Assembly: GCA_030539155.1 (NCBI GenBank)
Contig: JAUNSP010000002.1
Location: 52,728 to 66,080 of the forward strand
Direction of reading: 5' to 3'
Length of the DNA: 13,353 nt
Origin: Clostridia bacterium
Lineage (GTDB): Bacteria; Bacillota; Clostridia; TANB77; CAG-508
This document shows, piece after piece, positions 6,424 through 13,233 of the stretch; positions within the stretch are counted from its first letter, which is position 1, and every line of letters begins with the position of its first letter. The notes under the pieces were generated by a model, which did no database searches, was not told the DNA's origin, and saw only the letters and a program-made list of their open reading frames with translations. Position numbers and translations under genes: made by a program.

Positions 6424-6693
6424 CTAAAGTATAAATATACCAAATAAATAAATTATACTTATTACATATATTAAAAGACCAATAACTAAACAAATACATT
6501 TCCAGAGTATAAACTCCTCTTCTAATTTCTTTTCCAGCTCTACAAAAAACATTGGTATACCCAAAAAATAGAAACTGAAAGCTAAAATCCCTAATATTAA
6601 TAATAAACATTTTAGTGTATACCCTGGAAAACATACTATAAGTAGTATCAAACAAACCAGTGATAAACCTGCTCCTTCTTTCATTTCCATCAT
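6424..6693 (-). CDS. Small hypothetical membrane protein (about 3 TM helices)
   Basis: Hydrophobic helices LSLVCLILLIVCFPGY, LLLILGILAFSFYFLGIPMFFV and CLVIGLLIYVISIIYLFGIFIL. SD GAGAGG (6699-6694) abuts the first ATG, so the real start may be the third ATG at 6684. I preferred this frame over the overlapping 6401-6655 frame. Confidence 0.55.
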   Translation of the reverse strand: MMEMKEGAGLSLVCLILLIVCFPGYTLKCLLLILGILAFSFYFLGIPMFFVELEKKLEEEFILWKCICLVIGLLIYVISIIYLFGIFIL

Positions 6694-6708
6694 CCTCTCA
6701 AATATTTA

Positions 6709-7785
6709 CTAAACATACCTATTTACTTTTCTCAAATATTCGATAGCTTTTTCTTCACTCCATGCATGAATAATAAATATACCTTTATTAAATATTGTTC
6801 CCTTTGGAGTATTATTATTAACACTGTGACCAACCCATAATTTTGTAACATCTTCATTATTAAAAATTGAAAGGTCAAATTCTTTAAATCCCTCTTGAAA
6901 CTCAATTGAAATAACTCTTTTTCTCCAACCAATTCTTATATCACCATCTTTTGTATGAAATAAGAACCATGGTTTATGTTCGCAGCACTCTTCATTACAA
7001 TAACCATTTGGAAGCAATTCATATTTAGGTTTATCATAATAAACTTGATCCACGATTCTAGTTATATTATTAATCTCTAAAAATCGATAAAACTCTTTAT
7101 AACATTTATTATGTGCAATTTTATTATTTATTTTCCAAAATCTTTCCTCTTTTTTCAAATCATTAATACTAAATTCTTTACCGCAAACTGGACATCTTGA
7201 ACCTAATTTAGGTATTGTGCATACTGTTGTTGTATAACACTTATCTTTTACAAAAGAGTTTACCATTCCCCTATAATAGTCAAGTGTACAAACATCATTT
7301 AGTTCTAGTTTAACCTGGGTTTTAATAAAGTAAACCTCTCCATAAGCTGTTAAGACATACTTACCAAAAATAACAAACTCATTTAAAGATTCTTTTTCAT
7401 ATACTTTTTTAAAGCAATCTCTTAATTTTAAAACCTTTAAAAAGTCCTCTAAACTAGTTAATGATTTCTGTATCCCTGATGCGCTGTCAAAAACCTTTCT
7501 TGATTCTTTTATTTCCATCTCATCATAAATCACATCAAACCCTAAAGAATAATCAGTTCCATCTATTTTATTTCTTTCATTTAATGCCTCTATTCTTTTA
7601 TAATGTCGAACTGTTTCTTCAGGAAAAATTGGTTCTCCATAGGAATTAAAACCTTCAGGAAAAATTTGTTTACCACAGAAAAGAATTATCATTGTATTTG
7701 TATCCGCCAAGTGATCTAATCTAATTATTCCTTTAGCTTCTTCGCAACTATTGTAGAATACTTCCATTTGTTTTCTTTCAACCAT
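6709..7785 (-). CDS. Hypothetical Cys-rich protein (358 aa) with a C2HC zinc-ribbon-like motif; family not recognised
   Basis: A long ORF with SD GGAGG 7 nt upstream of ATG 7785 and its own consensus promoter. It contains CPVCGKEF-x20-HNKC (C198, C201, H225, C228), nearby C183/C189, and a second cluster GYCNEECCEH (C263, C267, C268, H270). The C-terminal block reads KPWFLFHTKDGDIRIGWRKRVISIEF. Confidence 0.7.
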   Translation of the reverse strand: MVERKQMEVFYNSCEEAKGIIRLDHLADTNTMIILFCGKQIFPEGFNSYGEPIFPEETVRHYKRIEALNERNKIDGTDYSLGFDVIYDEMEIKESRKVFDSASGIQKSLTSLEDFLKVLKLRDCFKKVYEKESLNEFVIFGKYVLTAYGEVYFIKTQVKLELNDVCTLDYYRGMVNSFVKDKCYTTTVCTIPKLGSRCPVCGKEFSINDLKKEERFWKINNKIAHNKCYKEFYRFLEINNITRIVDQVYYDKPKYELLPNGYCNEECCEHKPWFLFHTKDGDIRIGWRKRVISIEFQEGFKEFDLSIFNNEDVTKLWVGHSVNNNTPKGTIFNKGIFIIHAWSEEKAIEYLRKVNRYV

Positions 7786-7848
7786 ATTTATTCCTCCTAA
7801 AACTAAATTATTAATTTAACGAGTTACCTTTACTTAAATATCTTCTCC

Positions 7849-7887
7849 ATTATATCACAATTTGTACATTATGTCAATTTTTGTCAA
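7849..7887 (-). promoter_or_regulatory. Sigma-A promoter for the 358-aa gene and its operon, with a duplicated -35 element
   Basis: On the minus strand: TTGACAaaaaTTGACA (7887-7872). The proximal TTGACA is followed by a 17-nt spacer and extended -10 TGATATAAT (7857-7849). Confidence 0.8.
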
Positions 7888-8034
7888 GAACAAACTAGAA
7901 GTTTTTTGATAAATTATAATATTTACACCTTTACTTATATTTAATAGAATTTATAATTTATTTTATGCATACTTTTTCAGTAGCCTCCATTTTTACTTTC
8001 AAACGCAATAAAAAAATTAAAAAATAAAAAAATA

Positions 8035-8063
8035 TTGCAAGAAAAAATAAAATATGTTATTAT
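8035..8063 (+). promoter_or_regulatory. Sigma-A promoter for the fibro-slime surface protein gene
   Basis: TTGCAA (8035-8040), 17-nt spacer, extended -10 TGTTATTAT (8055-8063). AAGGAGG at 8082-8088 lies 5 nt upstream of ATG 8094. Confidence 0.65.
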
Positions 8064-8093
8064 TTATTTAGATAGAAAAATAAGGAGGATAAA

Positions 8094-9818
8094 ATGAAGA
8101 GAATAATTAGTGGATTAATTTTGTTAATGATTAGTTTCTATGTAATGCCATGTATTGCGGTAACTGAGGAGCTTGATACAATAACAATAAAGGGGACTGT
8201 TTTTGATCAAAGATCAGATTATAATATATTTAATGGGTATAAGTATACGGGGTCTTATAACAATAGTATAGTTGCAAATTCCATGGCAACGGATAAAACA
8301 CCAGAGTTTTTAAAATATAATGAATTCTATTCAGGAAGTACACCTAAATATACGGATAGATGGTTTCATGATTATAGTTATAATCCACTTACAAGAATAA
8401 AAAATTTAAGTTCATCAATTATTAACAGTGATGAAGAAATAGGGAATAATATTAGAATTTGGACATACAAAACTATGTATTTGTCACTTGAAACTGCAAA
8501 AAAAGTTGTTCCAGAAACAAAAGCAAGTATTGGAAGAAATGACTATCTATTAGCAAGAAATTCTGATTATATTTTTTCTTTGATTAGAGCAGAAAAATTA
8601 TTAGAAAAAATAGAAAATGACCTAGATGTAAACGTTAATGCATATCAAAGCTTAGATAGTATATCAAGTGAACATAATAAAATATTTAATAATTATCAGT
8701 TTCCATATAATGGTTCAAATTTATTGTTTAGAGCGAATGGAACTACTATACCTAGTTCGTTAGTTATTCCAACGAATTTAGCAGAAGTAAAATCTATGTA
8801 TCAAGAAATGATAAGTGATGTAAACAATTTAAGAATGATAAATGATAATACTACAATGTATTATTTAAATGAGACAAAAAAATATGATATTACTTTAATT
8901 CGTAATAATGATGGTATGTATGAATACATATCTGAAAACTTTTTTATAGCGGACAATTGGGGAATTGGAGATGATTTAGATCCAAATAATTCTACAAATC
9001 ATTTTTTTGGTGGTGATACAAAACATAATTATCTTTTCACATATTCTTTTAATTTAAATTTCAAACCAAAGGATGGGGCTGAATTTTGTTTTACAGGAGA
9101 CGATGATGTTTGGGCATATATAGTAGATAACGAAAATCCAAGTAGTAATTTTTTGGTTACAAATTTAGGTGGAATTCATCCAACAGAAAGTGCATCATTT
9201 AAATTTCAAAAAGATGGAAATGATAATTTAAGATGTTATATAAAAGATAGAAATTCAAGTAATTATAGTTCTAATCCAACTGGAGGAATATTAGATTCTA
9301 ATAAAACATATTCATTATATTTATTCTTTTCTGAAAGAATGCCAACTGGTTCAAATTTTAAGATTGTAACAGATATTGAAATACAAAAATCAAATAAGCC
9401 AGTAGTAACAGATAATAATGGAGAAAGTTTAAATACAAAAAATGCAACTTCAATATTAAAAACTTTATCAGAAGCACCTAAAGAAGGAGCAATATATAGA
9501 TTATATAGTAGTCAAAATGGTGAAGAAATTGCACAAGGAGTTTCAGTTGAGATAGTTGAAAATAAAATTAAAATAATTTTTGATGAAGTACCACAAGAAA
9601 CGGTTGAATATTACTTAAGTGTTCAGAATCCAAACGAGAAAGAAAGTGAAAGGATTAAAATAATTATTAATCCTTATGAAGAACCAATAATTGAGGAGAA
9701 ACAAGAAGAGGAAACAATACTTGAGGAAGAACAAAAAAATGATATAATTACTACAAATATTAATGAAATAAAATCAAGTGGTAAAGATGAAACTCCTAAA
9801 ACTGGAATACAACGTTAA
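8094..9818 (+). CDS. Secreted fibro-slime (PA14/GLEYA-like) domain protein ending in a TPKTG motif but with no membrane anchor
   Basis: Signal peptide MKRIISGLILLMISFYVMPCIA. Fibro-slime signature HNYLFTYSFNLNFKPKDGAEFCFTGDDDVWAYIVDN...LVTNLGGIHPTES, preceded by FFIADNWG. Glu-rich C-terminal linker. The protein ends ...KDETPKTGIQR followed by TAA TAA. Confidence 0.75.
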   Translation: MKRIISGLILLMISFYVMPCIAVTEELDTITIKGTVFDQRSDYNIFNGYKYTGSYNNSIVANSMATDKTPEFLKYNEFYSGSTPKYTDRWFHDYSYNPLTRIKNLSSSIINSDEEIGNNIRIWTYKTMYLSLETAKKVVPETKASIGRNDYLLARNSDYIFSLIRAEKLLEKIENDLDVNVNAYQSLDSISSEHNKIFNNYQFPYNGSNLLFRANGTTIPSSLVIPTNLAEVKSMYQEMISDVNNLRMINDNTTMYYLNETKKYDITLIRNNDGMYEYISENFFIADNWGIGDDLDPNNSTNHFFGGDTKHNYLFTYSFNLNFKPKDGAEFCFTGDDDVWAYIVDNENPSSNFLVTNLGGIHPTESASFKFQKDGNDNLRCYIKDRNSSNYSSNPTGGILDSNKTYSLYLFFSERMPTGSNFKIVTDIEIQKSNKPVVTDNNGESLNTKNATSILKTLSEAPKEGAIYRLYSSQNGEEIAQGVSVEIVENKIKIIFDEVPQETVEYYLSVQNPNEKESERIKIIINPYEEPIIEEKQEEETILEEEQKNDIITTNINEIKSSGKDETPKTGIQR

Positions 9819-9827
9819 TAAAGAATA

Positions 9828-9857
9828 TTAGAAGGAGGTCTCTTGACATCCTTCTAA
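9828..9857. terminator. Bidirectional Rho-independent terminator shared by the two convergent surface protein genes
   Basis: ttagaaggaggtc tctt gacatccttctaa forms a 13-bp stem with one mismatch and a tetraloop. A T-rich tract follows on both strands. Confidence 0.8.
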
Positions 9858-9906
9858 TTTGTTTAAATTCCGAAGAAAAGAACTATATCTTTTCCCAAAA
9901 ATTATA

Positions 9907-11349
9907 TTAATTTTCCTTTTTAGTTAAAACAACCATTCCACATGAAGCTATTGTTCCAATTACTCCTGCAATTATTGTATTGCTTCCAATTCCTGTTTTT
10001 GGTGTTTCATCTTTTTCATCTTTTTCGTCTGTTTCTGCTGATTGTTTTACTGAAAATGTAGTTTCTGCACTTTTACCATCTAAATATGTAACCTTAAGTG
10101 TATGTTCACCAACAGTTAAAGTTTTGACATAATCTTTTAGTAATGTAATGATTGTACCTCCACTTTCCTTTAAATATTTTGAACTATCTATTTCGGCTCC
10201 ATCAACTAATACTTTATCTAAAAGATCTAATGATGCATTTATTCTAAATTTAACATTCTCATCTTTATCTAAAAAACAGGTTTGAGATCCTCCTTCAACA
10301 AATTTATAATCATTTGTCCATTTAGCATATAGAACTAAATTATTTAATAATTCTGTATTTGTATCAAAAGGAGTATTTAATGTTTCATCTGTATACCAAC
10401 CTTCAAAAATCCATCCCTCTTTTGTAGGATTATCTGGTAAAGTTATTTTATCTCCAATTTCTTTTTGAAGTGAATTTATATAACTTCCTCCGTTCGTTTC
10501 GAATGCTACATATAAAGAATTAGAATCTGTTATTGTAAAGTTTAAAATTCTATATTGACCATTATTAGGATTAGAGGCTTTTACTTTAAGATGTCTATTT
10601 GCCCCTGTATATGAATGATCAACATCTGCGTATATATATGCACTATATAGATTATCTCCATTATCTCTTACATACCTGTAATCTGCTATTTCAAGTATAT
10701 ATGGACTAAATTTATAGAATCCAACATTTTCTAACATTTCAAACTTAATAAATTTATCATATTCACTCTCTTTAAAAATCATTTCCACATAATTACCTGC
10801 ATTATTATTTGAAAAATCTTGTGTTAAAGTTATATTGTATGTTTTTGTTAAACTATTATATGAAATATAATCAGCTATAGTTTGATTATATACTATAAAT
10901 CCATCTTTTGTATAATATTGATCTTCAAGTATTTCCTCTTCCATAAATAAATTATTAAAATTTACCCATTCTTCGGCTTCTATATTGTCACTTATTAAAA
11001 TTTGTATTTGAAAACCACCTATCGTTTCTCCATCCATTAATATGTCAATTTCACACAGATATTCATCATTTGATTGATTTTGACTCACTGTTCCAACTAT
11101 TCTTCCATCATTAGATAACGATAACCCTTCTGGAAATTCATCGGATGATGATGAATGAATTCTATACGTTGCACCTTCTACATGATCAACAAACCTCAAA
11201 TCTACCACTTCGCCTTTTTCAAATATACCATTTACTGAATAATAGTTTAAATCAACATCAACATATGCACTGACTTTTGTTGAAGCTATAAACATAACCG
11301 CTAATACAATAATTGCAATTACTATCATTTTACTTAATTTCCTTGTCAC
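9907..11349 (-). CDS. Cell-wall-anchored surface protein (He_PIG-like Ig domain, Listeria-Bacteroides repeat, Ig-like domain, TPKTG sorting signal)
   Basis: I placed the start at GTG 11349-11347, 8 nt after GGAGG. This gives (M)TRKLSKMIVIAIIVLAVMFIASTKVSA, a classic signal peptide; the track ATG at 11391 has no SD. FPEGLSLSNDGRIVGT is He_PIG-like. YVAFETNGGSYI...PTKEGWIFEGWYTDE...LVLYAKW is the Flg_new / Listeria-Bacteroides repeat. The C-terminus is DETPKTG + IGSNTIIAGVIGTIASCGMVVL + TKKEN (motif, hydrophobic helix, basic tail). Confidence 0.85.
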   Translation of the reverse strand: MTRKLSKMIVIAIIVLAVMFIASTKVSAYVDVDLNYYSVNGIFEKGEVVDLRFVDHVEGATYRIHSSSSDEFPEGLSLSNDGRIVGTVSQNQSNDEYLCEIDILMDGETIGGFQIQILISDNIEAEEWVNFNNLFMEEEILEDQYYTKDGFIVYNQTIADYISYNSLTKTYNITLTQDFSNNNAGNYVEMIFKESEYDKFIKFEMLENVGFYKFSPYILEIADYRYVRDNGDNLYSAYIYADVDHSYTGANRHLKVKASNPNNGQYRILNFTITDSNSLYVAFETNGGSYINSLQKEIGDKITLPDNPTKEGWIFEGWYTDETLNTPFDTNTELLNNLVLYAKWTNDYKFVEGGSQTCFLDKDENVKFRINASLDLLDKVLVDGAEIDSSKYLKESGGTIITLLKDYVKTLTVGEHTLKVTYLDGKSAETTFSVKQSAETDEKDEKDETPKTGIGSNTIIAGVIGTIASCGMVVLTKKEN

Positions 11350-11397
11350 TCTTCTCCCCTCCTTTCTTTTTATAATTATGATATTACTCATAATTAT

Positions 11398-11425
11398 TTT
11401 ATAACATATATTTTGTTTTTTTCAA
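11398..11425 (-). promoter_or_regulatory. Candidate sigma-A promoter for the anchored surface protein gene
   Basis: On the minus strand: TTGAAA (11425-11420), 16-nt spacer, extended -10 TGTTATAAA (11406-11398). Confidence 0.5.
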
Positions 11426-11458
11426 GTTCTCTTGATTTTTTTACTATTGACATTCAGC

Positions 11459-11481
11459 AAAAAAGTGGGGAAGCCCCCACT
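11459..11481 (-). terminator. Rho-independent terminator after the ATPase gene
   Basis: Stem agtgggg (11464-11470) / ccccact (11475-11481) with loop aagc. On the minus strand it is followed by U6 (A6 at 11459-11464 on plus). Confidence 0.8.
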
Positions 11482-11511
11482 CTTTATTTTAGTTCGTTAT
11501 GCCTTATATTT

Positions 11512-12327
11512 TCATTCAAACTGCTCTTTTCTCTCTTTAAAAAATTCATAAAAATATTTTACATTTTCAAGTTCATTCCATTCTTGAATTTCAAAACTAT
11601 TTGTATCTAAATTATATATTTTTGCATTTAATATTCCTAACATAAATGGAGAATGGGTTGCAATAATAAATTGTATTCCTAAATATCTTGCCATTTCATT
11701 TATTTCTTTTGCTAACTTTACTTGATTTTGTGGTGATAATGACACCTCAGGCTCATCTAATAAATACAAATTATCCGCTTCAATATTCTCATTTAATATT
11801 TGCATAGTTGTTTCACCATTAGAATATTTATCTTGTTCAAATTTAAATCTTTCTATTTGAATTCCACCTTTTACAGTATTCAATTGCTCTTTCGCTTCCT
11901 CAACACTTTTTCCACTTTTAACTAAATTAGAGAGATATCCTTCCTTTAAAATATTATCCTGTTGTATTTTTCTAATCTCGTATAAGATTTCCTCACTTTT
12001 AATATACCTACTATTATCTGGTACTCTGTAGAATTTTTTTCCTTGTTCATTTTGCCCCAATTCATAGCTACACTTATCCACAAACTCTTCATAATATGGA
12101 TAAATTCCTACAATTTCAGGATTATTTCGTTCCTTTCCCTTTAGGTTTAATTTATGTGAAATAATATTTAATATTGTTGATTTTCCAGACCCATTATTTC
12201 CATACAACACCGTAATATTATCAAAGACAAAAACCTCAGGTTCTTTATCTTTCAATATATTATAAGGATATATATTATTATTATCTAACTTTTCAGTGTT
12301 TAGTTTAAAAGTTTTTAAATATACCAC
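11512..12327 (-). CDS. Stand-alone ABC-type (COG3910-like) P-loop ATPase
   Basis: GTG start 12327-12325 after GGAGGGGAGAG. Walker A is GNNGSGKST, the signature-like motif is YSNGETT, Walker B / D-loop is LYLLDEPEVSLSP, and the H-loop is IIATHSP. There is no transmembrane or nuclease domain and no partner gene in the transcription unit. Confidence 0.8.
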   Translation of the reverse strand: MVYLKTFKLNTEKLDNNNIYPYNILKDKEPEVFVFDNITVLYGNNGSGKSTILNIISHKLNLKGKERNNPEIVGIYPYYEEFVDKCSYELGQNEQGKKFYRVPDNSRYIKSEEILYEIRKIQQDNILKEGYLSNLVKSGKSVEEAKEQLNTVKGGIQIERFKFEQDKYSNGETTMQILNENIEADNLYLLDEPEVSLSPQNQVKLAKEINEMARYLGIQFIIATHSPFMLGILNAKIYNLDTNSFEIQEWNELENVKYFYEFFKERKEQFE

Positions 12328-12404
12328 TTTTCTCTCCCCTCCTTAAATTATGTTCTTTTATTATAACATAAATTACGTATGTCTCAAATCTAAACAATAA
12401 AATT

Positions 12405-12433
12405 ATTATATCAGATTATTTTACTTTCGTCAA
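12405..12433 (-). promoter_or_regulatory. Sigma-A promoter for the ATPase gene
   Basis: On the minus strand: TTGACG (12433-12428), 17-nt spacer, extended -10 TGATATAAT (12413-12405). Confidence 0.75.
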
Positions 12434-12449
12434 TTTTTTCTAAAATATG

Positions 12450-12478
12450 TTGACATTTTATGTTAAATGTTGTATAAT
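12450..12478 (+). promoter_or_regulatory. Consensus sigma-A promoter for lemA, back-to-back with the ATPase promoter
   Basis: TTGACA (12450-12455), 17-nt spacer, TATAAT (12473-12478). Confidence 0.85.
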
Positions 12479-12551
12479 ACTTTTAGTTTTAATTTTAAAA
12501 CAGTATTGTAACTTTAAACAATAATTATTTTTAAAGTAAAGGAGAATGCTT

Positions 12552-13163
12552 ATGAGTGAAACTAATACTAATTATAATTCTGATCGTGCAATGGCAACTT
12601 TTTTTATTATTGTTATGGCTATACTTCTAATTGTAGTTACAATTGTACTTCCAATTTTTAGTTTTTATAATAAAATACAAACAAAAAAAGAAGAAGTAAA
12701 AAAAACCGAATCTGATATTGGTCTAGCCTTACAAAAAAGAAACAATTTAATACCAAACTTAGTTTCCACCGTTGAAGCATACACAAAAAATGAGGCAGAA
12801 ATCATAAAGGAAATTGCACACTCAAGAAGTAGATTAATAAACAGTATAGAAAACAATGATGTAAAAAAAGCAAACGAAGCTAATACTAGTTTAAATTCTG
12901 CACTTAATAGATTACTTGTAAATATAGAAAAATATCCCGAACTTAAATCAAGTGAGCATTTCAAAACACTAGAAAATCAGTTATTGGATGCTGAAAATGA
13001 AATTATAGATAAAAAAGAGAGCTATAATGACACTGTTAAGAACTACAATAATTGCTTAAACACCATTCCAACCAAATGGTTTGCCGGTGATAATAAAGAA
13101 GCAGAATATTGGGAAACTTTAGAAAAAGAAAAAGATTTACCAGAGGTTACTTTTAACGATTAA
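12552..13163 (+). CDS. lemA: LemA family protein
   Basis: N-terminal TM (ATFFIIVMAILLIVVTIVLPIF), then ...ALQKRNNLIPNLVSTVEAYTKNEAEII...YPELKSSEHFKTLENQLLDAENEI...YNDTVKNYNNCLNTIPTKWFAG, the LemA (PF04011) pattern. I chose ATG 12552 (6 nt after AAGGAGA) over 12546, which abuts the SD. Confidence 0.85.
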   Translation: MSETNTNYNSDRAMATFFIIVMAILLIVVTIVLPIFSFYNKIQTKKEEVKKTESDIGLALQKRNNLIPNLVSTVEAYTKNEAEIIKEIAHSRSRLINSIENNDVKKANEANTSLNSALNRLLVNIEKYPELKSSEHFKTLENQLLDAENEIIDKKESYNDTVKNYNNCLNTIPTKWFAGDNKEAEYWETLEKEKDLPEVTFND

Positions 13164-13196
13164 AGCAATTTATAAACTAAATAATAAAAAACAAAA

Positions 13197-13228
13197 TAAA
13201 AAGTGGGGAATTCCTCACTTTTTATTTT
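13197..13228. terminator. Bidirectional Rho-independent terminator between lemA and the convergent ABC transporter gene
   Basis: Stem aagtgggg (13201-13208) / cctcactt (13213-13220) with one G-U pair, loop aatt, an A-run upstream and a T-run downstream. Confidence 0.8.
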
Positions 13229-13233
13229 GTTCT

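Noticed and set aside
6401-6655. 84-aa minus-strand ORF overlapping the 89-aa ORF in another frame
   Set aside because: The 6424-6693 frame gives three clean TM helices, has an SD and sits 15 nt after the upstream stop. This frame gives an irregular Phe/Tyr/Arg-rich sequence with no SD.
6732-6932. 66-aa minus-strand ORF, together with the 62-aa plus-strand ORF at 7461-7649
   Set aside because: Both lie inside the 358-aa ORF, one out of frame and one antisense, and neither has translation signals. The long ORF has a strong promoter and SD.
7786-8093. Invertible (phase-variable) promoter upstream of the surface protein gene
   Set aside because: I looked for flanking inverted repeats like those of Clostridioides cwpV-type switches and found only short direct repeats. 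Both divergent genes have fixed, correctly oriented promoters.
11350-11362. Identical SD block GGAGGGGAGA plus a GTG start, used by both the anchored surface protein gene and the ATPase gene (second copy at about 12332-12341)
   Set aside because: It is a short purine-rich match expected for strong SDs in this organism, with no extended similarity around it.
11350-11391. N-terminal extensions in the track ORFs (11391 here; also 2829, 4145 and 12546)
   Set aside because: In each case a downstream start has GGAGG-type SD at 5-9 nt spacing and, where relevant, produces a proper signal peptide. The extended starts have no SD or directly abut it.
11413-11610. 65-aa plus-strand ORF
   Set aside because: It spans a terminator hairpin and runs antisense into the 3' end of the ATPase gene. 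It has no SD.
12665-12964. 99-aa minus-strand ORF antisense to lemA
   Set aside because: It lies inside a gene with an unambiguous LemA signature on the plus strand and has no SD or promoter.
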